Below, in pieces: positions 24,450-37,335 of a stretch of DNA of 39,712 nucleotides. The stretch comes from Octopus bimaculoides. Lineage: Eukaryota. Under the pieces are notes generated by a model. The model was not told the origin of the DNA. It was given only the letters and a program-made list of their open reading frames with translations, and made no database searches. The stretch lies in the NCBI RefSeq assembly GCF_001194135.2, contig NC_068982.1, forward strand, positions 169,698,119 through 169,737,830. Reading direction: 5' to 3'. The position numbers and the translations under genes are program-made. Numbering within the stretch: the first letter of the stretch is position 1; every line of letters starts with the position of its first letter.

Positions 24450-25946
24450 GTTCATCCAAAGCAAAGGATAACAGGGTGGAGGGTAGAGGAAAAGGGAATT
24501 ATTGAGAAGGAGAAGAGGTGTAATCTCTTCTAAGTCTCTCAGGAAAGCTCTTTTTTCTGTTTAACAGAAAGATAACCAGAATTTACTGTTAGAAGAGACG
24601 GTGAATGTTCTAAGAGGTCCTTGGGTCACTTTTTACGCAAGCTACTTTCCAGAACAGTCCAAAAGTACTTTATTAGCAAAACATTTAACATCTGATACAA
24701 TATCCACTGGAAAACGGTGATAGATTCTCGCATTTTCAGGAGGCTCAAGATAATACTATCTTCCTGTATCTCCTCTCTTAATATAATTCTTCTTTTGATT
24801 TTGGTTCTGATTCTTAGACTCGAATATGCGTTTCAGGGATCGATATTCTTTCATCTGAAGCTCTTCAAGTCGTTGAAGAACAGCTTCTCTTCTATGTTTC
24901 TCCGTCAAGTCAAATGATATAGTTACAACAAGTTTTGAAGTCATCACTCCCCAATACAAATACTGTATGTTTACCTCAAGGATCAGGTAGTCGCTCACAT
25001 ATACAATTTTTTCCACTATGAGAACTTGAAGAAACAGTATCAGGTTGAATTGCTTTCTAAAATGTGTTCAAGCACTATGACAAAAGCTCTCCCTATAATT
25101 TCTTTATTAAGCACACAGCATCTATAATCGGGAAACTCCTTTTACATCACTAATTACTTCAAAACAGGCCCTGAATAAATACTTTGGTGCACTTTTATAC
25201 AATTTGTTACACCCTGCTCCAACAGATAGGAAATGTACTTTGATAAAATCAAACTTCTGAGGCATTTGATCTGTGAGGTTTGAATGATATGCTAGAGACC
25301 TATAAATAGCAAGAAAACCTCTGGCTGGGCTAACTCTCTTGAGATAGTTACGTACAGTGAGGGTAAATACATTAGTGAACAACATAGTAAATAATTCTCT
25401 GGTAATTCAGGCATTCGAGTTGCAAGCCCACTGAGATCCAAACCTGTTCTTACTGATATTTTTGAAGGGTTTCGGGTGGACTATTTGATCCCATGAGAAA
25501 TATTTTAATCCCATGAGAAATATTTTAATCCCATGAGAAATATTTTAATCCCATGAGAAATATTTTAATCCCATGAGAAATATTTTAATCCCATGAGAAA
25601 TTTGCACAAGAAAGTAACGCTTGAATATACTGCAAACAATTTGACCTTCTTTTGTGTGGTGTAGGTTCCTCTAGGCATTTTTCTAAACAGTGACTGAATT
25701 ACAGGTTTTCTAGTTCAGGGCTGATTTAGGACTAAGAAACAACCACAAAATCAACAGAAGCGTTAAAATTAAAGAGAGAACAAGTTGATATTATAATGTT
25801 CTCATGTCTACACATGCCTACATCCCACAAGATTGTATAAAAAGCACAACAACTTCCACGCCAGCATAACTGCTAGAGATTCCCAACTGGATCTCTTCAT
25901 GGAGCGCCCCTTACCTCATCGAAAACATCAGCAGCTCAGATACCAT
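24450..25946 (-). pseudogene. Decayed reading frame of unknown family (~400 codons, several stops and frameshifts)
   Basis: Microsatellite-free apart from the 20-mer array. Consecutive minus-strand open stretches: WDQIVHPKPFKNISKNRFGSQWACNSNA*ITRELFTMLFTNVF...CFEVISDV / KEFPDYRCCVLNKEIIGRAFVIVLEHILES / EKIVYVSDYL...HRREAVLQRLEELQMKEYRSLKRIF...GDTGR*YYLEPPENARIYHRFPVDIVSDVKCFANKVLLDCSGK. Includes ORF-track entries 25122-25385 and 24756-25016. No family recognised. Confidence 0.45.
25488..25600. repeat. Perfect 20-bp minisatellite (atcccatgagaaatatttta), 5 full copies plus a partial
   Basis: Direct reading; no mismatches between units. Confidence 0.98.
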
Positions 25947-26399
25947 AGTCTCATTGTTTCTCTCGGAAAACTAGTAGTATCGTTATGGATTTCCTATTTA
26001 AAGATTAAATTATTGATTCATATTTATTATAGATTCATATTAATATTCATCCATTTCATATTATAAAATTGTATTCATATTACATGAAAACTGTATTAAA
26101 ATTGTTGTTCCTGAGTAGTTAGGAAGTCTATAATATTCTGTTCTAATCTGGTTTATTTGTTGTGCTGCATTTTAATTATTTCATCTACTTTTAAGTATTT
26201 ATGGAAGCTATTGCAGTTCCTTGATTTCTAGTTTAATATTTAGTAGACATACGTTGGCGGTGTTCTGGAAACGGAGGAGTATTAGAAGAAACGCCGTTGT
26301 GTTACATTCTGTGTTCAGTTCTCTCAGAAAAAAGTAAATGAAGTTTTTCACAAAATACATTAACAATTAGATCCCACAATCTAGCTTGGTATCGTGGCT

Positions 26400-26615
26400 G
26401 TTATTACAAGGGGACAAGGAAATTATCCTTTCCGCCTAGACATCTCCCATTAAACCAACTCCCTGGATTAATACTTCTTGCAACCTACTTGTTGAATCGA
26501 GGAACGTATTGTTTAAAATGTCCTAGCCAAATAGAAAATGTTAAAAGAACACGTAACGCATTTGAACTCGCGATTCCTCATGTTAAGTTGGATCAAGCGA
26601 ATTACCCAAACGGCC
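26400..26615 (-). mobile_element. Old degenerate tRNA-derived SINE
   Basis: Minus strand begins ggccgtttgggtaattcgcttg...atcgcgagttcaaatgc (A/B-box-like), followed by a weakly SINE-core-like body. Confidence 0.3.
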
Positions 26616-26769
26616 ATTTCTAGCTTCTCAAATTAATCCTGCCAGAATAATAAAAATAAAAGAAAAACACTCATCAAAATATAAATTTATCTAATACGTG
26701 ATACTCTAATACTATTGGCTTCTGAGGGAATTACAGCTATTGAGGTTCTAAAAGCCAAACTTGGTAATG

Positions 26770-26980
26770 GAGTAGAAGTGAAGGTGGTAATGATGGCAAC
26801 GAATAATAGTTCGCAGTGTTGTGAAGATGGTTGTAGTGGTAATGTTGGCGCCGGTGTTGTGGTGATATATTAGTAGTGGTGGTGGCGCTGGTGGTAGTAG
26901 TAATAGTAGTAGTAGTATTAGCAGTAGTAGCAGTAATGATAGTAGTAGTAGGTGGTGGAGTTGATGGTGGTGGTGGCTCA
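26770..26980. repeat. (GGT)/(AGT)/(GAT) low-complexity trinucleotide tract
   Basis: Direct reading; source of the poly-L/H/T stretch in ORF 26748-27188. Confidence 0.9.
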
Positions 26981-27186
26981 ATAAAAAGACGTCTAACACA
27001 AAGGGCCGGTGTTTTTGCGGTGTGAAATTCAATGAATAGATTCGTGTCTGTAAAATTTCAAAATGATGCAACGAAATCGCTGTGGGAAGAAACTGCAGTA
27101 TATATTCTCTCTCTTTCTCATTTTCTCTTTCCTTCTTACTCTTTCTCTTTCTCTTTTCTCTCTCTTTCCCAATCTCCGTTTCCGTC

Positions 27187-27232
<46 letters not shown>

Positions 27233-27427
27233 AATAAATACAAACACACGTATACACGTAATTGCCTTTATCTCCATTTCAATCGCACAGTCACAAAACT
27301 ACCTCCTTCACTCACTTTTCAGCTATATATTTCTACATCTACCTATCCCACTTACTCCACCCTTACCACTATTTGCTTTTCAGAATTTATCTTGCAGTGT
27401 TTGTATGAATGTATGTAGGTATGGCTG

Positions 27428-27499
<72 letters not shown>

Positions 27500-28167
27500 N
27501 NNNNNNNNNNNNNNNNNNNNNNNNNNNNNNNNNNNNNNNNNNNNNNNNNNNNNNNNNNNNNNNNNNNNNNNNNNNNNNNNNNNNNNNNNNNNNNNNNNNN
27601 NNNNNNNNNNNNNNNNNNNNNNNNNNNNNNNNNNNNNNNNNNNNNNNNNNNNNNNNNNNNNNNNNNNNNNNNNNNNNNNNNNNNNNNNNNNNNNNNNNNN
27701 NNNNNNNNNNNNNNNNNNNNNNNNNNNNNNNNNNNNNNNNNNNNNNNNNNNNNNNNNNNNNNNNNNNNNNNNNNNNNNNNNNNNNNNNNNNNNNNNNNNN
27801 NNNNNNNNNNNNNNNNNNNNNNNNNNNNNNNNNNNNNNNNNNNNNNNNNNNNNNNNNNNNNNNNNNNNNNNNNNNNNNNNNNNNNNNNNNNNNNNNNNNN
27901 NNNNNNNNNNNNNNNNNNNNNNNNNNNNNNNNNNNNNNNNNNNNNNNNNNNNNNNNNNNNNNNNNNNNNNNNNNNNNNNNNNNNNNNNNNNNNNNNNNNN
28001 NNNNNNNNNNNNNGTATGTATATATATATGTATATATATATGTGTGTGTATAAATGTATATGTATGTGTGTGTATAAATGTATATGTATATATATGTGTG
28101 TATAAATACATGTACATTTATTTACATACATTCATATATGTATACATAACTATATATATATATATGC

Positions 28168-28216
<49 letters not shown>

Positions 28217-30162
28217 GTATATGTATATATATATGTATATGTATATATATATATGTATATATATATGTATATGTATGTGTATATATATGTATATACACAC
28301 ACACTCACATATACATACATATATATGTATGTATATACATACATACATACATACGTGCATATATTCATGTGTATATTACATGTATACATACATAGAGATA
28401 GGTAATGAAGATGATAGACTGAAGACAGAAGTAAATAGGAGTGCAATAAAAGTCAACCAAAATTGCCTAAGGACTAAGGTTTAGAGAGTAAATTGTTGAT
28501 ACAGCGAGCAACGTAGATAAAGGCGAGATTTAAGAATAGAAACGTATAAAGGAACTTGAGCACGGAAATTTGTTTCCATTATTGGCATTTTAATTCTTGA
28601 TAAGTGGGTAGGTGATTGTATATACTGGAACAGAGTGTATTTGAGACTGTGCGTGCATATATGTATATCTATATATATCTATATATATATATATATATAT
28701 ATNNNNNNNNNNNNNNNNNNNNNNNNNNNNNNNNNNNNNNACACGCACATGAACACATACAGACACACGTACATATATAAATATATATATACATATATAC
28801 ATACACAAACGCACACGCACATGAACACATACAGACACACGTACATATATAAATATATATATACATATATACATACATATATACACACACACACAACACA
28901 AACACACACAACACACACACGTATATATATATATATGCTTATGTGTGTACACGTGTGTGTGCATGTATGCACATTGTAGTTTTGAAAAGGTAAATCGGGT
29001 AACTCAGAGAAGCATTAGAAGGGTCTCGGCTTCGACTTGAAAAAAAGATGTATGCACATGTATTCATTTTATATGTTCGTTTCTATGTATCTATATATAT
29101 ATGTATATGTGTGTGTGAATGTGTGTATGTATGTGTGTGTCTGTGTGATCAATGTGTTGGTGTACTGGTATATCTGTATTCACAAATACCAACGCATGAA
29201 CATACATGCACGCACTCACATATATATTTGTTCATAAATGTACGCCTCCCATACACATGCACACAGACAGACAGATGGATTCACTGACGCACACACACAC
29301 GCATATTCCTGCACTTATCCATAAATCTAGCTTACCATGTTTCTATTTATCTCTCTGTTTGTATATAATGTGTGTATATGTGTGTATCAGTGTGTGTGTG
29401 TGTGTGTGTGTGAGTGTGTATGAGTGCGTGGGTGAGTGTGGGTGTGAGTGTGTATGTAAATGTACAAAGTAGAAATACAGGCACACATATACACACCTGA
29501 ATGTCTATAAACACACGCACACGTATGTGTCTATAGATACACACACAAAGAGGCCTATGTGTCTGTAGACACACACACACACACACACACACCTATATGT
29601 CTATAGACACATACACACACACCCATCTATGTAAGTGTAGAATGTATACACACACGAATATTCATGAATCGCGCAGCCATATAAACACACTGAAGCGTTC
29701 ACACAATATGACACGCGCGCACGTAAACATACACACACGCGCGCAAACACACATATACACACGTATAGACAACCTCAACGAATATATTTATTTTGTTGTA
29801 CAGTGGATATCATGATTATTGTGATAAACGTGTGGAAAGCAAATAGACGAGGTATTTGCTTCCCACACCAAACTGAGTATTGCCGTAGGGCAAGTCTTTA
29901 TAATCTTCGATTTGATGCAAGGACCCATTATAGAGATTGGCCGGTGTTCAAGCTGGAACTAAGGCAGACATATTAGTTGTTTACTCCTCTTCAAAAACAG
30001 ACAACCTATGTGTTATATGATTCCGTATGGTACGGTGTGTGTATTAGTCTCTATAGATGTATGACATACGTGTGTATGTGTGTGTATATAAATGTATATA
30101 TGTATGTGTATGTGAATATATATATATGTATGTATTATGTATGTATTATGTATGTATGTATG

Positions 30163-30193
<31 letters not shown>

Positions 30194-30266
30194 GTGTGTT
30201 TTTGTCTATATTTTGTCGGGGGTAGTTTCGGAGAGGTTGTGAAATTTGATGAACGTAGCTATGCGC

Positions 30267-30420
<154 letters not shown>

Positions 30421-30610
30421 CCAATCACCCATATATCTCTCTCACTCTCTCTCCTTCTCCTTCTCTTCATGTGGGTTTAATTAACAGAATCAGTCTTCTG
30501 TTTACACCTATACAATCATACATACATATGTACATATATGCATAAATACACAAATATATACAAACACACTAACATATATCTCTGTGTATGTGTGTAATTA
30601 ACACACTCAG

Positions 30611-30655
<45 letters not shown>

Positions 30656-32385
30656 GAGAAATACTGAGTTACTTATACACAACAACACACATGCATGCGT
30701 GCATACATACACTCGTACATAAATGGTTCCGATTTGGTGATCATAGTGATTCAAAAATATGAAGGAACTCAATGTTAAAAACAGGGCTTTGTATAATTAG
30801 CATTATTCCTGTTCATACAGCATGACATGATGTTCCAGCAAAGCGTGTACTTGCTACGCTTCATGTGAGATTTACTGTGAGCTTGTGTGTATTTGTTTGT
30901 GAGTGTATGTATGTATGTATGTATGTATGTATGTATGTATGCATGTATGCATGTATGCATGTATATATATATATGTATATATATATANNNNNNNNNNNNN
31001 NNNNNNNNNNNNNNNNNNNNNNNNNNNNNNNNNNNNNNNNNNNNNNNNNNNNNNNNNNNNNNNNNNNNNNNNNNNNNNNNNNNNNNNNNNNNNNNNNNNN
31101 NNNNNNNNNNNNNNNNNNNNNNNNNNNNNNNNNNNNNNNNNNNNNNNNNNNNNNNNNNNNNNNNNNNNNNNNNNNNNNNNNNNNNNNNNNNNNNNNNNNN
31201 NNNNNNNNNNNNNNNNNNNNNNNNNNNNNNNNNNNNNNNNNNNNNNNNNNNNNNNNNNNNNNNNNNNNNNNNNNNNNNNNNNNNNNNNNNNNNNNNNNNN
31301 NNNNNNNNNNNNNNNNNNNNNNNNNNNNNNNNNNNNNNNNNNNNNNNNNNNNNNNNNNNNNNNNNNNNNNNNNNNNNNNNNNNNNNNNNNNNNNNNNNNN
31401 NNNNNNNNNNNNNNNNNNNNNNNNNNNNNNNNNNNNNNNNNNNNNNNNNNNNNNNNNNNNNNNNNNNNNNNNNNNNNNNNNNNNNNNNNNNNNNNNNNNN
31501 NNNNNNNNNNNNNNNNNNNNNNNNNNNNNNNNNNNNNNNNNTATATATATATATATATATTGTCTGCATACTAACAAAATCATCAAAAACAAATTTTCCT
31601 GTTACAATGATGTTTTGAGGTGTAGTACCTTTGCCAAGAAACTGCCTATCTTAAACCCAATAATGAAGAAGCTAACCACCAGAACACGAAAAAGAACGTT
31701 ATTATATATATATATTCTATTATTCATATAATCCTATATAATATATTATATATATATATATCCTATTATTTATATAATCCTAAAAGAATGTTATTATATA
31801 ATCCTATAGCTATCACTAGAATCTTCTCTTAACTAAAACAGATCCCACTTTACTACCCAAAATAGGTGCTATGAAATATTTAGTAGGACTGCAATTAATA
31901 TTTACTCCGCTAAACCTGAATCAAAGCAGGAGACCATCCAGTCTAACCGTACTAATGTCAAATAAACTAATTAGTTATTCACTCCCCGCAATAACTGCAA
32001 CTGTACCTTGCTTCTCTTTGCCTTTTAGATTCAAAGTTCCTATTATAAGATATAGCCTATCAATTTAAAAGTCCATTCTTCCAACTTCCAACTACACAAG
32101 AACAACGATCTCATCGCGAATATATTCAAGAACCAATACAAACAGGACACCTCGTTGAAACAAGAGTTCATAATACAGCATCAATATCAGCTATGTTTGG
32201 AGAAAAATTTCAAATACTATGTACTCTACATAAGAGCCGTTCTGAAAGGCATTCTCATGTAACCACTAGATATTTAAAGTTTCCAGATATTTCAAGTTTT
32301 TCTCATTCCCATGCGAAGAACAGCCCTATCAACACACCACAACGATATTCCTCTAAGTTATGTACTACCTTTATTTAGCATAATA

Positions 32386-32593
32386 CAGGGTGCCCACAAA
32401 GTCTGGGTACAGGGAGTAAATAAAATCGTAACATAAACAATTAAATATAAGAAATAATAATTTCTTAAAATATGTGTTAATCCCCATTTGGGTACATGGA
32501 GTAAATAAAATCATAACATAAACAATTAAATATAATAATAATTTCTTAAAGTATGTGTTAATCCCCATGTACCCAGACTTTGTGGACACCCTG
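32386..32593. mobile_element. Tc1/mariner-type MITE with TA target-site duplication
   Basis: 26-bp TIRs cagggtgcccacaaagtctgggtaca / tgtacccagactttgtggacaccctg (1 mismatch), flanked by TA at 32384-85 and 32594-95. The interior is an ~80-bp unit present twice. Confidence 0.92.
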
Positions 32594-32734
32594 TACAATA
32601 TACTCCCCACTTGTAGCCTTCTCATTTCTTTCATTTACCTTTTTTTTAAAAGAATTTTCCATGTCCTCATTCTACTTTGTCTACGCATTCCACAAACCAT
32701 TGATTTTGAACATTATGCGTTAATTGCGTTAATT

Positions 32735-33500
32735 TATAGACTTTGAAAACTATTAGTAGGCAAGAGTGACGGCGTTCTCAGGGAAACACTGGGTATCGAC
32801 GAAAATCATCAGATTTGTCTGTTTTGGAGGACTTTCGATTGAGGGCCTTTGGATAATTTCCAGAAATCCCTGGCCTGTCAGTGCTCCTGAGGTGAGGGAG
32901 CAATCAGTTCGAGATAAACTCTTCAGGCATGATAGTACCATCAGCTAGGCTACTGATGCGCGCTGAACGACAAACGCTCTTGCACGTGCTCGTACAGTGT
33001 TCGAACATTGCCGAAATGTGAAGTTATGTTGGACAGCTGCCATCGCGTACAAAACAAATTCAGTTATCGGCAGATTCCATTACGAAGATCGCTCTGCTGC
33101 CTTCCTATGGGCAGGAATCGTGGACAGTTTTCATATGCCTGGTGAGTATGGTGAAAGAGATGGTGTGGTAGACGATACTTAAAGGACTAAAAATAGAACT
33201 TTTCTCTTCGACAAAACTTTTAAAAATTCCATTTGAAAAGGAAAGTGTGAGTGGAGAGGGAGGTGCTGCCCCTAGTAGATTTGTTGAAAGGTGGGTGAAT
33301 AGGATAATGATGGCACGAATGAATGGGCCTATTTTAAGTTTGCGCCTATAGGCTAGAGAGAATGAATGGGAGAAGGGTGCCTCCTTATGGTGTCTTTGAC
33401 GGTCGAAGTGATTCATGATCGATGGAGTTCTTTGGTTGTTGTTGGGAGGTTTACCCATACTGGGTAATTTTGTTGTCATCAACTTCTTTGTTTGACACGT
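32735..33500 (+). mobile_element. L1/Tx1-like LINE 3' ORF2 fragment plus 3' UTR, pseudogenised
   Basis: Frameshifted translation: VGKSDGVLRETLGIDENHQICLFWRTF; GPLDNFQKSLACQC; VRDKLFRHDS (cf. L1-clade LPVRDKL zf-RVT); TLLHVLVQC (CCHC end); ...MARMNGPILSLRL* (stop 33349-33351). Confidence 0.75.
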
Positions 33501-33584
33501 GCATATGTAAATATCCAATCTTGACTGTCTTTCGTCATTTTAATATCCTTCAATTTATTTTCGGCTCTTATGGCCGATAAAGAA

Positions 33585-33653
<69 letters not shown>
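33585..33653. repeat. (ATT)n microsatellite
   Basis: Direct reading. Confidence 0.98.
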
Positions 33654-33875
33654 GAACTGGCAGAATCGTTAGCACGTTGAGGAAAATGCTTAGCGGCGTT
33701 TCGTCTGTCTTTACGTTCTGAGTTCAAATTCCGCCGAGGTCGATTTTACTTTTCATTTTTCGGGGTCGATAAATTAAGTACCACTGAAACACTGGGGTCG
33801 ATGTAATCGAGTAGTTCCCTCCCCGCAAATTTCTGGACTTGTACCTTTAATAGAAAGGATTATTGTTATTATTAT
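33654..33875 (+). mobile_element. tRNA-derived SINE, family A (best-preserved copy)
   Basis: ctggcagaatcgttagc (A-box-like), gagttcaaattcc (B-box), core ggggtcgataaattaagtacc, (ATT) tail. Other copies at 11121, 19803 and 33879. Confidence 0.92.
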
Positions 33876-33878
33876 CAT

Positions 33879-33940
33879 TGAAGACAGTGAACCGGCAGAA
33901 TCGTTAGTGCGCTGGGAAAAATACTCAGAGGCGTTTACTC
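33879..33940 (+). mobile_element. Truncated head of a second family A SINE
   Basis: gtgaaccggcagaatcgttagtgcgctgggaaaaatact repeats the head of the preceding copy. Confidence 0.75.
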
Positions 33941-33944
33941 ATTC

Positions 33945-34200
33945 CTCAGGTTGACCCTCCAGTTCGTGCCCAAATTTTTGTCCTGCTTTGCCAGTATAGT
34001 GCTCCCGGTCTCATTCTTTTTTAGGGTTCCTTTCGTCAGCCAATCCCACCGATTTTTTCCAGAAACTTCGCTTGTGGCTACATGAAATTGATTGTGTAGT
34101 CCCTTCTTGCATAATTTTCTTCATGTCCTTTTTGTATTTCTTCCTTTGTTTTCCCTTTTTTCTCTGCTCTCAATACTCCCTCGTTCCTAACTGTCTCTAA
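33945..34200 (-). mobile_element. Second R4/Dong-clade LINE fragment (pre-CCHC region)
   Basis: Minus strand reads LETVRNEGVLRAEKKGKTKEEIQKGHEENYARR then GLHNQFHVATSEVSGKNRWDWLTKGTLKKNETGSTILAKQDKNLGTN, matching R4-type LHGQF...SW.WL..G.LK.ETE..I.AAQDQAL.TN. Confidence 0.75.
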
Positions 34201-34216
34201 ACATCATGAACATCTT

Positions 34217-34295
34217 CATTCTTCTTCTTCTTCTTCTTCTTCTTCTTCCCATCCTCCCCCTCCCCCTCCTCCTCCTTCTTGTTCTTCTTCTTCTT

Positions 34296-34325
<30 letters not shown>
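34217..34325. repeat. (TTC)n microsatellite, probably the (GAA)n tail of the adjacent minus-strand element
   Basis: Direct reading. Confidence 0.95.
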
Positions 34326-34326
<1 letters not shown>

Positions 34327-34620
34327 TTGAGTGAGAGAACAACGCATGCCATCAAAGTGTCACTGGCATACAAATATACAAAGCCCAATATATCCATCAT
34401 GACTACCCGCCTGATAAGGGTTCACCAGGCACAAGCGTCACAACTATATGTATGTGACATGATAATCTCAGATCAAGGGGAACAGCGTACGACATTGCAG
34501 ATGGGGGTCCAGTTAGAATTTTATTCAGGTCGAGTAGCCCATAGCACCAAAAAGGACCCTGAATAAGAGCTTTTTAAAGGTGACAAACGAAACATCCATG
34601 TTTCAAGATCTGAATTATTC
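34326..34620 (-). mobile_element. Dispersed retroposon (SINE-like) with (GAA)n tail
   Basis: gagagaacaacgcatgccatcaaagtg...ccatcatgactacccg.ctgataagggt...ggtcgagtagccc resembles an abundant octopus repeat (recalled). Orientation inferred from the tail. Confidence 0.55.
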
Positions 34621-34749
34621 ATGTGTGTGTGTGTGTCCCCGTCCGGTGTGTGTGTAACTGCGCGCGCGCTTAGGGAAACGTAGTGCCCCGTCAACATTTT
34701 TGCAGATTCACTGGAAACAGAGAAAGAGATCGCAACATATGTTTGCAGC

Positions 34750-34997
34750 CAATGCCGGATTTACCATTGCGTTCAGGTGTGCTTAAACACAGGGATCTGT
34801 TGAACAGGGGATCACCTCTTTTACGAAGACTTTTTCAAATGTCAAATGTTCAAATGTTTTCCTAAAAGTTATAAGTGAAATCAAACATGTGAGCACTTTT
34901 AGTCCTAAATTTCCTGAGCATGTAAGCCTGACTGTCCAGATATGGGGCCTCATAACTTAACTATCACAAGGTCTCATTTGTCCTAAATCCGGCGCTG
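34750..34997. mobile_element. hAT-like MITE (248 bp)
   Basis: TIRs caatgccggattta and taaatccggcgctg (reverse complement cagcgccggattta). Flanking 8-mers tttgcagc (34742-49) and gttgcaac (34998-35005) match 6/8, consistent with a decayed 8-bp TSD. Confidence 0.6.
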
Positions 34998-35212
34998 GTT
35001 GCAACATATAAAAATATCAAGTTATCGCGGAAACTGAGGCCGTTGTCTGAAAGTTTCAAACAAACTAATCACTCTCAAGAGCTCCCAAATACCTGGTGAT
35101 GTTGTTAGATCAGGCACGAGATTATCTCTAGCATCCAATTATATGAACACCAAATGAGACAGTTTATTGTCTATGAAATTTCACTGAGAAACATTGAATG
35201 ATCCTGGTGTTA

Positions 35213-35290
35213 TTGCAGAAGATACTTGCCCAAAATATGGTACCATGGGATCGAACCTGGATCTAAATGCTTAGAAAGCAAACTACTAAA
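35213..35290 (-). mobile_element. Degenerate SINE family B head fragment
   Basis: Reverse complement gtagtttgctttctaagcatttagatccaggttcgatcccatggtaccatattttgggcaagtatcttctgc parallels the head of the 39305 copy. Confidence 0.55.
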
Positions 35291-36097
35291 GTGCATATGA
35301 GAATTACAAGACGTTAAGCGAATAGCAACAAATGTAGAACGAATACAAAAACATACAAAGACATGTTCGTCACATAAACAAACACAGAAGCTCAAGGTTA
35401 CTATGCAGATATAGAAGGTTTATATTTTGCTTAATTCAAGTTTATTGTCATCACATTATAAACAAATACAAAAAGAGAAAAAAACCAACTAAAATTAAAT
35501 GTTATTTAGCCGCTATACAAATGTGGACCGCCATTTTGATTTTTGCTTACTAGATTTACATACACCTACACAATCATAGTCAAATATACACGTACATTTT
35601 ATATAAGTAGATATATATTTATTGATTTATTTTATAGTACATATGATCGAATAAAAACACACAGACACACACACACACACATATATATAACATAATATAT
35701 ATANNNNNNNNNNNNNNNNNNNNNNNNNNNNNNNNNNNNNNNNNNNNNNNNNNNNNNNNNNNNNNNNNNNNNNNNNNNNNNNNNNNNNNNNNNNNNNNNN
35801 NNNNNNNNNNNNNNNNNNNNNNNNNNNNNNNNNNNNNNNNNNNNNNNNNNNNNNNNNNNNNNNNNNNNNNNNNNNNNNNNNNNNNNNNNNNNNNNNNNNN
35901 NNNNNNNNNNNNNNNNNNNNNNNNNNNNNNNNNNNNNNNNNNNNNNNNNNNNNNNNNNNNNNNNNNNNNNNNNNNNNNNNNNNNNNNNNNNNNNNNNNNN
36001 NNNNNNNNNNNNNNNNNNNNNNNNNNNTATACATATATATATATATATATTTATATATGCATATATTTGTATATGTATATACATGTGTGTGTGTATG

Positions 36098-36128
<31 letters not shown>

Positions 36129-36665
36129 GTATCTATGCATGCGTGGGTATGTATGTATATATGTATAAATATAAGATCTTGCACGAAGGTGAACACATTT
36201 TGTTTTTAAAAGCATGCCCAGAAATGTTTTCATGTAAAAGAACATAATTTGGATAGAAAGTATTGGCTATGCAGAATATAGAGTTCAGTTAACATGGCTT
36301 CTCTTTTCCCTCTAAACGGTAACAATTTCGGTCTTCAAAGAAGATCAGAAAAATCCACGCAACCTTACAGACATGCACGTACATATATGTATACCTGATC
36401 TATGTAAACGTTTAATGTTAGCAGAATTTAGGTCATCTGCTCATACAATTGCTTTTATGAGTTTTTTTATTTATTTATTGTAATACCTGTACAACTTACT
36501 TTTTATTCCTTGAATTTGGTTTCTTTCCTATACAATGATAATATAACTCCAAAGGAAACTCATTTCTGATAAACCTTTTACATTTAAAAAAAAATCTATA
36601 CAGGAATATGTGATGTTTTTTCCCCCCTCATTTGTAAAATTATCAGTGACACATCACCTACATTT

Positions 36666-36711
36666 TTGTGTATGCATTATTTAATACGCACTTATAAACA
36701 CACACACACAC

Positions 36712-36756
<45 letters not shown>

Positions 36757-36990
36757 CACACACAATAAAAACGCACGCACACATACATAAACACACGTAC
36801 GTACGAAGTACGAAGGCACATAGAAACATGCACGCATTCATAAATACATATCTACATTTTATAATTACACACACACGCACACACATACATACATACATAT
36901 ATACACACATACATACATACATACATACATAAATACATACGTACATACATACATACATACATACATACACACATATATACATACATACAT
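36666..36990. repeat. (CA)n/(TACA)n compound microsatellite
   Basis: Direct reading. Confidence 0.95.
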
Positions 36991-37299
36991 AGATTACATA
37001 GATATGTGCGTAAATGTTTTTAAGTAATGATATCCTGTCGCTTTTGGAACTGCGTCAAAGTAAAGTTATCTATATATGAAAGGTTCTTAGCATCGGCTGA
37101 ATTGGATGCATTGGTAAGAATACATGAATTTCCGTGTATATATATATATATACATATATATACATTCAACATGTGCACATAAATATACATATATACATCC
37201 AGTTGCACACAAACACATAATTTATATACTTGTTTGTCATTTTATACAATTATATTTTTCATAGTATACATGTACACACACACCGTCTCTGTGTGTGTA

Positions 37300-37335
<36 letters not shown>

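Noticed and set aside
25488-25600. CRISPR-like appearance of the 20-bp repeats
   Set aside because: Units are directly adjacent with no spacers, the context is eukaryotic, and there are no cas genes.
31570-31640. TNFPVTMMF*GVV, similar to DD37D transposase KFPASVMVLGVV
   Set aside because: Only ~13 residues next to a gap; no TIR or further motifs.
34714-34745. DSLETEKEIATY, reminiscent of dynein light chain EKDIAAY
   Set aside because: Similarity ends immediately; after removing the hAT MITE the frame hits a stop and does not continue as LC8.
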